Shown here: piece after piece, positions 19,485-30,030 of the stretch | How positions within the stretch are numbered: position 1 is the first letter of the stretch | Layout: the number at the start of each line of letters is the position of its first letter | Assembly: GCA_965208905.1 (NCBI GenBank) | Contig: OZ242365.1 | Coordinates: 1,632,001 to 1,696,000 of the forward strand | Origin: Nitrosopumilaceae archaeon | Lineage (GTDB): Archaea; Thermoproteota; Nitrososphaeria; Nitrososphaerales; Nitrosopumilaceae | DNA length: 64,000 nt | Direction of reading: 5' to 3' | Position numbers and translations under genes: made by a program | The notes under the pieces: model-generated | What the model saw: only the letters and a program-made list of their open reading frames with translations | Database searches by the model: none | What the model was told of the DNA's origin: nothing

Positions 19485-22400
19485 AGACCTGAAAACAGGC
19501 ATAATGATAGAAGGTCCACAGTGGGATGGACCGGTCACATTGGAGAAGTTTGAGAGCATAGGCGAGCGTACAAAATTAACAACACGACGCGATGACGGTA
19601 ACACAAGAACGGTACGTGTAAATCTCAAAGATATACACATGTATAATACACAACACGGTACACCGTGGCGTACAAGGGCCGCCGTTGATATGCTACGCCA
19701 CAAATATGCAAGGGGTAGTGGGGCAGATTATGGCCGGATGGACCCCCTTCCGCACCAGATACAGTCCATATACCATATAACCGGCCAGTATGATGACATA
19801 AGATTCCTACTGGCAGATGAGCCTGGTGCAGGCAAGACCGCAGTAGCAAGCAGTGTAATACGCGAGTTGCAGCTACAGGGACGCGCAGACCGCACACTGA
19901 TAGTTACACCCGCACACCTCAAATACCAGTGGAAGGAAGAGTTAAAGCGCTTTGTAGGCTTGAAATCACATATAATTGAGGGCAGTACTGCTGACCCATC
20001 AGACCCGTGGCCAGACGACCACAATATTCTGATAACATCAGTTGACTATGCTAAACGGGACAAAAGACTCGCCACTCTACAACATACGGACTTTGACTTG
20101 GTGGTTGTGGATGAGGCTCACCACATGAACTCATCAGGCAAGACTGTAAGCACCAGATACAAGTTGGAAAGGGTGCTCTCGACAAGAACCACACACATGA
20201 TATTCCTGACGGCAACTCCGCACCGCGGCAAGTCTGAGAACTTCCGTTTGTTATTAAACCTGTTAAAGCCAGAACTATTCCACGATGGTCTTACACCCGA
20301 AGAGGTGGCAGTCCGCAAGGAACCGATGTTTCTGCGCCACCTCAAAACAGATATGACAGATATGGAGGGTAGGCCAATATTCAAGGCCCGTACAGTGAAA
20401 TCTCTCAAATACGAGATGTCCATACCCGAGCAGGGAATGTACAGGATGGTGAGTAACTATGTGCGCATACAGCATCAAAGATTGGTAGCGCAGGGAGAGA
20501 AGCTCGCACCATTCGTATTACTACTGATACAGAAGCGTATGGCATCAAGCACATATTCACTTCAAAAGACATTGGAGAGACGCAGGGACAAGCTCAAGGA
20601 CTATCTGGAGAGGGACGTATTCCCAAGACCCAATCTGGAGTACGAAGAAGTGGACGACGAGTACGACGAGGATGACCCCGAGCATGAGAGGCGGGATGAC
20701 GAATTAAGTGGAATAACCGCATCGCGCACACCAGAGCAACTAGAGGAAGAGATATCTGAACTGGATGACTTAGTCAAGGCCGCAAACGAGGCCGCAACCA
20801 CCAAGCCAGACAAGAAGCTCGAAAAACTACTCGATATTGTAAATAATCTTGGTGGAGACAAACTGCTGATATTCAGTGAGTACAAGGATACCATAGAATA
20901 CCTGGAGAAGAATATTGGTGAAGATACATGTCGTATTGACGGTGATATGAAGCAGGAGCAGCGCGACAGGGCCGTGCAGGAGTTCAAAGACAAATACCGC
21001 ATAATGTTGGCCACAGACGCCGCGCGTGAGGGAATGAACATGCAGTTCTGCAATGTGATGGTGAACTATGACTTGCCTTGGAGCCCCATAGTACTGGAGC
21101 AACGCATGGGCCGTCTGCACAGATACGGACAGAAGAAGGATGTCATGATACACAATATGATAGCAGACAATACAATAGAGGGGGATGTACTTGAAAGACT
21201 GTCTGATAAAATCATGGAGATTCAAAAACAGTACAAGGCAGTAGATGTTATCGGCACGATACTATCGGAGGTCAACATGAAGGATATTATGATAAAGTCG
21301 ATAGAGGGACGCGCTGCTACCGGTGTGGATGATCAGGTACAACAGGCCAAGAAACAATTGGAACAGGCACAAAAGATGCTGGAGCACACACCCGTAGACC
21401 GGGACGCGGCACTACGTGCAAAGGAAGAGATTGACGCGAAGCGTGTAGATGGTGAGTATCTAAAGAAGATGATGTATGGGATATTTGAGGGGCTTGGTGG
21501 GAAGATAAAATCCACCAATACAAAGACCACACTACAAGTACCTGATGAGTTGCGCGGTGGGCCGTTCAGGCGCAAATCCGAATCACTCGTCGGGCCGATA
21601 CAACAGATACTGTCAAGAGGCACAAAACATTACAAGCATGTAGAGTCTTGGGTTTTGGATAACTGTAAGGGAGATTTGTTAGGTGGGTCCGTGTTTGCTG
21701 GTAAGCACGCGGGACATATAGTATTTCATACGACTGAATTGAAGGATCGCGCAGGCAAGACCGTCGAGGTGTTGGTGCAGGCACATCACATTCACACGGA
21801 TGGTACAGTGCAATCCGTACATCCGGATATATTGAGTGAGTTGGAAGATGTTGGCGGTGATGCCGGGAGTAAGCCGGAGGCTAACGTGGTTGATGCGGCA
21901 TACAACGACGCGCAGGTGAGGGCAAACCAACTAAACGAAGATGAAAGGGAGTTTTGGAGGCGTAGAATCGAGACAGTGGATATCAGTAGTGGTTTGGAGA
22001 ATCTACGAATGGAGATGGGGGAGGTTATGAATGGAACGCCTGAATGGAGGGAGATGGATGAAAGAAGAAAGAGGTTGGAAGAATGGGAGGATAGCATGGA
22101 GAGGCGCGCCAGCACGGACAAGTTGTATGTGGAGGAGCCCGTTTTGATAGGATGGGTAAAGGTTGTAAAAAACAAGGAAACACAGGATACGGAGATGCGC
22201 GGCATGAACCGCAGTATGGAGATAGAACGCAAAGAGGGTTTCATACCCGAGGATGTCTCAAACAAGCGCGGCCTTGGATACGACATACTGTCAAAACATC
22301 CGGATGGCCGGGAGCGTCATATAGAGGTGAAGGCGCGGTGTTCATTTACAGGCATACAGTTTACACCCAACGAGGAGAAGGCGCGTCTTAACGACCCACA

Positions 22401-22584
22401 CTACATGCTACACGTACATGTGTTTGATGGCCAGGAATGCCGCACGCGTAGAGTCAAAGACCCATCCAAGTTAAAGACAAAGAAAGAGACAGTGTTTACC
22501 ACACCAAACTCTGAGATTGACCGTCTTGGTGAGGAATACCTTGTAGAATCGGATGTTATGAGGGGAGGTGCGCAGTTCATATAA
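19474..22584 (+). CDS. SNF2-family helicase with C-terminal DUF3883 (NOV_C) nuclease
   Basis: LLADEPGAGKT, DEAH, TATPH and EQRMGRLHRYGQ; GYDILS...IEVKAR. Confidence 0.9.
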   Translation: MKFEDLKTGIMIEGPQWDGPVTLEKFESIGERTKLTTRRDDGNTRTVRVNLKDIHMYNTQHGTPWRTRAAVDMLRHKYARGSGADYGRMDPLPHQIQSIYHITGQYDDIRFLLADEPGAGKTAVASSVIRELQLQGRADRTLIVTPAHLKYQWKEELKRFVGLKSHIIEGSTADPSDPWPDDHNILITSVDYAKRDKRLATLQHTDFDLVVVDEAHHMNSSGKTVSTRYKLERVLSTRTTHMIFLTATPHRGKSENFRLLLNLLKPELFHDGLTPEEVAVRKEPMFLRHLKTDMTDMEGRPIFKARTVKSLKYEMSIPEQGMYRMVSNYVRIQHQRLVAQGEKLAPFVLLLIQKRMASSTYSLQKTLERRRDKLKDYLERDVFPRPNLEYEEVDDEYDEDDPEHERRDDELSGITASRTPEQLEEEISELDDLVKAANEAATTKPDKKLEKLLDIVNNLGGDKLLIFSEYKDTIEYLEKNIGEDTCRIDGDMKQEQRDRAVQEFKDKYRIMLATDAAREGMNMQFCNVMVNYDLPWSPIVLEQRMGRLHRYGQKKDVMIHNMIADNTIEGDVLERLSDKIMEIQKQYKAVDVIGTILSEVNMKDIMIKSIEGRAATGVDDQVQQAKKQLEQAQKMLEHTPVDRDAALRAKEEIDAKRVDGEYLKKMMYGIFEGLGGKIKSTNTKTTLQVPDELRGGPFRRKSESLVGPIQQILSRGTKHYKHVESWVLDNCKGDLLGGSVFAGKHAGHIVFHTTELKDRAGKTVEVLVQAHHIHTDGTVQSVHPDILSELEDVGGDAGSKPEANVVDAAYNDAQVRANQLNEDEREFWRRRIETVDISSGLENLRMEMGEVMNGTPEWREMDERRKRLEEWEDSMERRASTDKLYVEEPVLIGWVKVVKNKETQDTEMRGMNRSMEIERKEGFIPEDVSNKRGLGYDILSKHPDGRERHIEVKARCSFTGIQFTPNEEKARLNDPHYMLHVHVFDGQECRTRRVKDPSKLKTKKETVFTTPNSEIDRLGEEYLVESDVMRGGAQFI

Positions 22585-22786
22585 TGCGAGTTCCACAGGT
22601 GGACATAAATCCACACAAATCAATTCGGGTTCCCCACTACCAATTGTGGAGGAATTGAGTATGCACGCGGTAGACTTATCATTCCCTTAAATAACGCCGC
22701 GTCCCATATACGGGAATGAACAAGTCAACAATGAAAAAGGTTGAAGAAGAATCTCGCTGCGGGCATGACTCCCCCGCAATCAGCGA

Positions 22787-24891
22787 ATGAACAAACCAAC
22801 AATGAAAGAGGTTGAAGAAGAGTGGAATAGAATATTCATGCTTGTTAGGGGTGAAAAGCCGACGGTTCGCCTAACATGCCTCGTAAAGTCCAAGTGGCCC
22901 AAACTGCACAAGAAGATGTGCATTTCGTGGGGGTTCGCGTGGCAGGCAATCGTAACGGGTCTACTTGACCAAAGTGAGGTAGATGTGATTGGTGCGGAAC
23001 GTGATTGTGACTGTATCGAGTGTATAGGTAAAGACCAAAATGATCGCCCGCACGATGTAGACGCACTGGTTAAGCTGAGAGGATATGAAGTGCCGATACA
23101 GATTGGTATGTTTGAAGGGGCGCTGATACATGATTCTGATGTGGTGGACAAAGAGTATGGCGCCGTGGACACCAAATGCATCCACAAGAGGGACACCGAA
23201 CTTATACGTCGCAAAATCCGACAAACACCACCGGACGGCATTACGCTGATTTATACCAACATCGTGGTATCACCAGGTGGTGGTTTTGGGGCATTTAGTT
23301 ACGACGCGGGGTCTCCGGATGATGACTGGTGGTATGAGGGTGTGAGAGACAGGTGCATCATACTATGGCGGAAGCAGAGTGATAAGGTATACCATGTGGT
23401 CAATGAGGATAGTGCGGACAGAAGACTTGTACTGGCACGGAGTGGAACGTGTTCGATATACTATGGTGTGGGAGGCTGTGTGGATGCGGCCAAGGAATTG
23501 TGCGGTGTGTTGGGCTACGAGCGCATCATTCCACAAGTGATAAAACCGCGCCATTCACCAAAAATCCCCAAAGATACACCTCCAATGCCATTCTGTCCGA
23601 GAACGGTGGCCGGCTTAAAAGAAGCAGTAAGTGCAGAACCCAAAAAATGGACCGGTAGCCCTGACAGTGTGATAGCGGCGCTGTACTATCCCGATTATGC
23701 GCGCGCGTATTTCGAGGCGTTGGGGGGCGCCGATAAGGATGTACAAACTAACGGTTTGGTACCCGTACTGCGACATGTGGTGGAGCGGCATGGAGAGTCG
23801 GTGAGGGAGGGTGCCGTTGACGAGGAAAAGTGGCGCCGTTCTGTGTCGGCCGCGTTGTCAACGCTTAAGGTACTAGCCGAAACCAACGACACCAAATTCG
23901 AGCAAAATACATTGGTTGAAATATGCCGCATCTTGCAGGATATCGCGTCTGGACGGCACGAGGATTATGTATGCAAGATGTTGCATCTAGGTGAGATTAA
24001 CAAAAGGTTACACCTTGAGGCGTTGTTTTGCCTTACATATATGGTGATTTACAGACTGGGTGACAGGACACCGCCAGAAGTTTTGGAGACACTAACCACC
24101 GCCGCAAAGGTAGACGGGCAAGATGGAAAAGGGCGCCGTATCGTACTTGGCTATGCATTGCTGATGGGCTCCAACGGGAGATACCTGATTGGTACACCGA
24201 GAACGAATCACTACTCTTCGGCAATGATTCACCCAATGGCATGAACTCGGTTTTGATGCGCGTCTACCTGCGCGACAGACTACCAGACAAGCAAACCATG
24301 GAGAAGTATAACACACTCGTGTTGGAGGCATTGACTGAGGAGATGTTGGATATGAGAGTGTTGGAATCCAAAACCGGAAACCGGGTGAAGATAAACGGCC
24401 CTGTTAGGCATTTCATGATTAGTGTATTGTATGACTGGCGCGGTTATGGAATAGAGGATTCGGTTCGGAATTTGGCCCGCATCGGGCCGGATGCGGTGTG
24501 TATGGCCGGCCACGAGTGCGGACATCTCATTCATGACGAAAACACTGAGAAAAAAATCGTGGATCGCGGCGTGCAGTTCTGGGAGGCGGTTCTAGACTCA
24601 TCGCCGGAGCCGGAGGCGCTGTATGGCTTTGGATGGTGGGCATTGACCAAGTCCATCGACCAAAACACATGGGAACGGTTGATGCTGCGCACATGTGAGA
24701 TTGCCAAGGGTATTGTGGAGAATCCAACTTGGGTGATTGAACGCGCATCATCCGGTTGCAACCCCACAGCTGATGGGATCCAGATTATTGAATCAATACT
24801 ACGCGCCGACAGAAGTATTTCCTCAGACCTTGCCATAAAATGTGATATCATCAAGATGCGGGAGAATAATGTACTGACAGATATCGAATGA
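22787..24891 (+). pseudogene. probable single hypothetical gene split by a frameshift (ORFs 22787-24244 and 24241-24891)
   Basis: The frame of the second ORF stays open upstream with protein-like sequence (GLQREIPDWYTENESLLFG) from ~24166. Confidence 0.5.
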
Positions 24892-25083
24892 TCTGAACCC
24901 AGACCTTTAATGCGCAAATCTTACCTGAGCTGGAAACCAGTGCCGTCCACTTCCAATCCACACACCTAATGTATGATGTACAACTTTGGGTCACGGATTT
25001 CCCAACCGTACACTAGGTCACCATGTTTTCCCACCTCCGGCTTTTCACAACTCTTATAGCACCCAAGTCTGCGCAGGCCACCT

Positions 25084-25776
25084 ATGGACGGATCCATGAA
25101 GAAACCAGACATGACGAACATCTCCGACGCGGCAAAGCAGGCGGCCGGCGAAGCCGAGATGTCGGGCCGCGCCCAAGTGTTCCTTGACTACGACCCCGAC
25201 TACAGGCAGGCAAAGATTACCGTGGGGAGCAACTTCCAAGTGCGGCATCCCAAGGGCACCGAAACGTACTGCGCCGAGTACACCAGGCGCGCGGTGCCGC
25301 TGACTGCCGTATACCGGCACGAGGTGGTTCACAAGGAGCCGCGGCGCAACACTGACGTTGCCAAAGACAAGATAATCGAGGCGCTGGAAAACGAGTGGGA
25401 TCTGTACGTTGGGTACCACACCCCGGAGCCGGAAGTCATACCCCGGTCAATGGAGGACTTTAACTGGGCAGCCAGAACCGCCCATGGCATCCACGGAAAG
25501 CGAACCGTGTCGCTTTGGAGGGAGTGCAGGCTGAAGCGCGAGGACGAACTGTACTTCTTGTGGGTGAGCGCCGACATGGTCAAGAGGGATCCGCCTGGAG
25601 CCGTACAGGTGACAGACCTCTGCTCGTTCGAGGGCGACTACGACTACAAGGAGATGGTAGGCGTGATTGGAAAGGCTGTCCGCGAGTATATGGTAGTGGA
25701 GGATCTGAACCCGCTGTGGTCGCACGACTGCTTCCTGCATCACATGCAGTATAAGTGCCCTCCCGGAACGTCGTGA
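25084..25776 (+). CDS. hypothetical protein
   Basis: 230 aa ORF, GC3-rich codon use. Confidence 0.65.
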   Translation: MDGSMKKPDMTNISDAAKQAAGEAEMSGRAQVFLDYDPDYRQAKITVGSNFQVRHPKGTETYCAEYTRRAVPLTAVYRHEVVHKEPRRNTDVAKDKIIEALENEWDLYVGYHTPEPEVIPRSMEDFNWAARTAHGIHGKRTVSLWRECRLKREDELYFLWVSADMVKRDPPGAVQVTDLCSFEGDYDYKEMVGVIGKAVREYMVVEDLNPLWSHDCFLHHMQYKCPPGTS

Positions 25777-25920
25777 GCCGATAACAGCGTGCTAAGATTG
25801 TATACTACCGTGCTCTTGTAACTGGGTTCTGTCAAAAACTAGGTACATAATGTATAGTGTCAAAAAAGATACATGACATCAAGAATGAAACAAAACTCAT
25901 ACCTCTGATTCTGGTTTAGT

Positions 25921-26091
25921 TACTATGATTCCGCCATACTGTCGGACTTGCGCATATATCACAATTTTGTGATACCACATCAAGGGTTGCCAAACCAAAT
26001 GACGCCCGCTGAGGCCGCAGGTATCCAGATAGAGGGCGCCAACAAATGGATGACACTCATTCAGGCTGCGGCCAAGGCCAAGCAAAAATAA
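25921..26091 (+). pseudogene. C-terminal remnant of a DDE transposase/integrase (IS6-like archaeal type)
   Basis: Translates RIYHNFVIPHQGLPNQMTPAEAAGIQIEGANKWMTLIQAA*, the 'YNx.RPH..L...TPAE' tail of DDE transposases; IS6-like end GGTTCTGTCAAAAAC at 25825. Confidence 0.6.
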
Positions 26092-26427
26092 GTAGTATAT
26101 TTTTCATCTTTTATTCAGCATCAGGGCAGTTCATGTCTGGAGTGGAAACATTGGTCAAATTAGCGGAGTGGAAATTGGGGTCGGAGTGGAAATCTAGGTC
26201 AGGTCAGCACTTCTTCCCACTTCAGGTCAGCACTTTCCCTGGGTCAGCATTTCTTCCCAATTCCGTTGGAGAGGAACTGTCCCATTAACGACACCTGTCC
26301 CAAAGTGGCGCTTGGAATGGAAACGGAGGTCCTGTACGATCAGGCGTTCGGAATGGAAATTGTACATCTGAGATGAAACCCCCCAGCCCCATTGAAGTAG
26401 AACATAATTCATAAACTATGTACGCTG

Positions 26428-29202
26428 TTGAGTGTACCAGTAGTGAACGCCCACTCTCCAAGACAACCGGGCCTACGGGCGGTAACCCAAAAACGGGGCG
26501 CCACACAATACTACAGTATGACTGAGATGTACGTCGTAGGGAGTAGTGGGGCGCCCCGCGCCAGTGGCTTTGCCATGGCATCGATCATGATGTTGCTGCC
26601 GATGATTGCGGGCGTGGTGGCAACGCTGGTAGTATCGTGGGGCGGCTTTATAGAGACCGCCTTCATGGACATGACGCTGAGCCTGGAGGGGTTTGACTAC
26701 AAGTTTGGCCCAGCCAAATGCAACGGCGAGTGGAAGGAGTGCGGCAACGCCACATTTGACGTATACGTGCAGTCAAGAAATCTGTCCATCATGCTGTTTA
26801 TTCTGGCGCTGGTGTTTGTGGCAATAAAGGACATGCTGAGCGCCGGCTTTGACGGCAATATCAGCATGGATGTGGCGGACAACAAAAGCCTCCCCGAACT
26901 TCTCAAGTATTCGGTATTGGTCTTTGTCGTGCTGTTTATCTTCCCGCCCATATGGGATGTTGCGGCAGGTACGATGAACAACGTAGGCGTTTGGATTCTA
27001 AACCCCCACTATAATATTGCGGGGAGCGGCGGTTCGTACACACCCGGCCAGACGCAGGATGCGATGTGCACCGGTATAATTACCTTTGAGGATCTGGCCG
27101 CGCTGGCGCCGGTCGTGCGCAATGCGGACGAGTGGGCCGTATACCAGAACGGGGATGCCGGCCCGCTCGACAACGGCGCTACCGTACCGCACAGGTTCGC
27201 CACAAACATGATTATACAGAAGGGGGAGGTGTTGTCCAACCAGTGCCTGAACCAGGGCATGGACTGTCCAAGTACAATATCCAACCGGCCCCCCGACAAG
27301 CAGTTGGGCGACATACTGTGCAATCCCGACCTGCGCGTAAAGTACGTATTCCAGCAGGCACTCAGCGTAACGGAGACCGAGCCCGCCAATGCCGAGGAGA
27401 TACTGGGCTCGGTAACGGGCAACATCGGCGATGATATTCTCGTAGGGATATTTACGCAGTTCCTAAAGGGTTCAGTGACGATACAGGTGATTATGGTGAC
27501 GTTTATGGTGGGGGTGATGGTGGATGTCGTTACCGCGTTTGCGCTTGCTATCTTGCCGGTGGTGTTCTTTTACCGCTTCCTGCCGATGTCGGGCAAGATA
27601 AAGCTCGGCGATTATTCTGGCGCGGCCTTTGCATTGTTGGCGATGCCGATGATTGCATCCATCATACTGGTTGCGGGTTCTGGTGCGGTTGCGGTCATGG
27701 CCGCCGAGCATCAGGACTTTGCGTCGTTCTTTGTGTGGCTGGCGGCCTTGTCGGTAGTATTGCTTGTGATTGGCATACCGTCTACGATGGTTCCCCTGAT
27801 AGGCGCGGCAACCGCGCAGGCCACGGCTGCAGTTCAGACCGGCGTGCAGACCGCGCAGTTTGCGGTGACTGCCGCGGGCGCGGCCGCAAGCGGGGCGATA
27901 CGGGGACGTGCGCAGTACAGGGCGGGCATGGGAGACTATGCAGGCCTGAAGGGAATGGATAGAAGCAAGATGAGCGCGGCGCAGGTGGCAAGGCTTGATC
28001 AGCTCAAGAAGGAGGGGCATGGCGGCAGGTTTGGCGCGGCGCGCGCGGCGTTTGGCGGCGCTTCGGGCGGACTGCGGGGCGAGATATATGACGACAAGGG
28101 GCAGTTCAGGAAGGAGTTCAGGAATGTCGGGATGCCCGATACGGGCAAACTGCAGGAGGGGTCATTGAGAGGTCTGGGAATGAACGTGGATTCGGGAGCT
28201 CTCCGGGACTCTGCGGCACTTACTACTACTGCGATGCAGGCAAGCCAGGCAGTCGGGCAAAGTGCTATACAGCAGGCATCGGATGCCAAGTGGGATAAGG
28301 AGAAGGAGGCGGCAAAACGACAGGAGGAGGCAAGGCAGGCCGAGGGAAGGGTCAAGACGTCGCAACATATGCAGGATACCACGCATCAGGTTGTCCGGGA
28401 GGCATATGAGTCAGATGATCGTACCAAGACGCTTGTGCAGCAGTCGGAGGTGATTGACGGCCACAAGGCTCGGCTGGAGGGTGCGCAGAAGAATGACAAA
28501 AATCTTATCAGGGGGTGGCAGAGGGCTGTCGGCGAGCACGCGGAGGTCAAAGGACAGCACGAGGCCGCCTGGGGCGAGGTAAAACCTGAGGATGCGGCCG
28601 CGTACAGGAATCTGAAGGATGATGTTGCTGTCAGGGAATCCCGGATTGCACAGATGGGTGCAGAACACAAGGCCGAGATGGAGCAGATGAAAGACGAAGG
28701 CGCTTCACTTGGTGATATTGCACTTCGGCAGGAGGATATGAGTGCCCAGATAGAGAATCTCCGGACTGAGCATGCCAACACTCAGGGTGAGTTGAAGACG
28801 ATGCTGCGGGAGAACGAGAATCTGGGCAAGGCTGCCGGGCTGGACGACTCGCTTGCGCAGTCAGAGGAAGCGATGGAGAAGGCCAAAAAGACCATGGACA
28901 ATAACCAGGCGAATATTGCAAAATTGAATGGTATGTTGGGGGAGCAACGGGCCGAGTACGGACGGTCTTTGCATTACATGGCCGGTATGGCCGGCGCGCT
29001 ATCACCCCAAGTTGCGAATGCCGTGCTGTCGGAGCGGGCGACCTGGGATGCGCTGCAGGAGGCTGAGGCTGATTATAATACTAAATCACTGGTCAGTGAG
29101 TATACACGAGAGGGTGTAATCTTGGATCAGGGAGCTAACCAGCCGGGTGAGTCAAAGAATAAGGAGGGGGATAAGCCGAAACGCCGATTTGTACAGAGGT
29201 GA
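26428..29202 (+). CDS. VirB6/TrbL-like polytopic membrane protein with C-terminal coiled coil
   Basis: Several TM helices, Gly/Ala-rich segment and long coiled coil; VirB4 on the same element; true start probably ~26518-26575. Confidence 0.65.
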   Translation: MSVPVVNAHSPRQPGLRAVTQKRGATQYYSMTEMYVVGSSGAPRASGFAMASIMMLLPMIAGVVATLVVSWGGFIETAFMDMTLSLEGFDYKFGPAKCNGEWKECGNATFDVYVQSRNLSIMLFILALVFVAIKDMLSAGFDGNISMDVADNKSLPELLKYSVLVFVVLFIFPPIWDVAAGTMNNVGVWILNPHYNIAGSGGSYTPGQTQDAMCTGIITFEDLAALAPVVRNADEWAVYQNGDAGPLDNGATVPHRFATNMIIQKGEVLSNQCLNQGMDCPSTISNRPPDKQLGDILCNPDLRVKYVFQQALSVTETEPANAEEILGSVTGNIGDDILVGIFTQFLKGSVTIQVIMVTFMVGVMVDVVTAFALAILPVVFFYRFLPMSGKIKLGDYSGAAFALLAMPMIASIILVAGSGAVAVMAAEHQDFASFFVWLAALSVVLLVIGIPSTMVPLIGAATAQATAAVQTGVQTAQFAVTAAGAAASGAIRGRAQYRAGMGDYAGLKGMDRSKMSAAQVARLDQLKKEGHGGRFGAARAAFGGASGGLRGEIYDDKGQFRKEFRNVGMPDTGKLQEGSLRGLGMNVDSGALRDSAALTTTAMQASQAVGQSAIQQASDAKWDKEKEAAKRQEEARQAEGRVKTSQHMQDTTHQVVREAYESDDRTKTLVQQSEVIDGHKARLEGAQKNDKNLIRGWQRAVGEHAEVKGQHEAAWGEVKPEDAAAYRNLKDDVAVRESRIAQMGAEHKAEMEQMKDEGASLGDIALRQEDMSAQIENLRTEHANTQGELKTMLRENENLGKAAGLDDSLAQSEEAMEKAKKTMDNNQANIAKLNGMLGEQRAEYGRSLHYMAGMAGALSPQVANAVLSERATWDALQEAEADYNTKSLVSEYTREGVILDQGANQPGESKNKEGDKPKRRFVQR

Positions 29203-29221
29203 TAGTCAACTCCAACAGAAA

Positions 29222-29596
29222 TCAGGTGTGCTTGAAAACCATGTCCGGCATTCCAAACCCGTACACGTATCCCGGCAGCGGCTTCTCTTCCATATTCGTC
29301 TCAAGTTTGTTGTGATTGTGGATGTAGCCCTCATTGCCAGTGTAGAGTATCTTATACCATTCACGCACATCAATCCCTAACTCCTTTGCATTTTTTTGGT
29401 TTTCTGGGTCATGGCACCATCCATTGTAGTTGAGGATATCCCGGTATTTGCCTGGTATTTTTTCAAGCTCTGCTTCAAACCGCTTACCTTCCTCATCCGT
29501 CCAGTCCTCGGGGTTTTTTCCCTTCAGGTGCGCCCTCTCGACTGTAATGTCAAACATCTTTAACGACTTGATATGTTCTTCTTCGCTTGGGTACAT
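29222..29596 (-). CDS. hypothetical protein
   Basis: Start moved to MYPSEE because a CCTTATAT box lies 22 nt upstream; the longer ORF runs into the repeat array. Confidence 0.55.
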   Translation of the reverse strand: MYPSEEEHIKSLKMFDITVERAHLKGKNPEDWTDEEGKRFEAELEKIPGKYRDILNYNGWCHDPENQKNAKELGIDVREWYKILYTGNEGYIHNHNKLETNMEEKPLPGYVYGFGMPDMVFKHT

Positions 29597-29632
29597 GTTG
29601 TTGTTTAGTACCCATCCCATATAAGGGACTAA

Positions 29633-30030
29633 TTTCAATGGGCCGGGGGCTTTTGCCCCCAGAAAGGATGAAGAAGTCACACGAGGCCGAGATTGAGAAG
29701 ATACTTCAATGGGGCCGGAGGTTTTCACCCCCGGAAAGACTGTGAATACTTCCATCATCCTGTTGTTCACCCCGTCCAACATAGTAATCATCACGTTTAA
29801 GGTTCCATATAACAACGTACATAATGTATGAATCATGGTCTACTTCAATGGGGCCGGGGACGTTCACCCCAGACACCCTCAACAACGTACATAGTTTATG
29901 AATCTCATTTCAATCTGGTCGGGGGTTTCACTCCCAACATACTCAACAACGTACATAAGATATGAATGGTGGTTCGCCGCCAACATCTGTTGTACTGGGC
30001 GCAAGCCCAACTGTACAACAGGCTGGCATC
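29633..30030 (+). repeat. degenerate ~65-70 bp tandem hairpin repeats related to the tnpB omegaRNA
   Basis: TTCAAT-GG..CGGGG-loop-CCCC units at ~29633, 29705, 29844 and 29909; AACAACGTACATAnnnTATGAAT at 29811, 29881 and 29946. Confidence 0.7.

Noticed and set aside
26140-26200. GAGTGGAAA boxes as a true Orc1/Cdc6 origin
   Set aside because: They lack the full ORB dyad and G-string, no cdc6 gene is adjacent, and copies are dispersed; kept only as an alternative.
29811-29970. Possible CRISPR array (3 x ~24-bp repeats, 65-70 bp period)
   Set aside because: The spacers resemble each other, the repeats are degenerate and there are no cas genes; better explained as tandem duplication.
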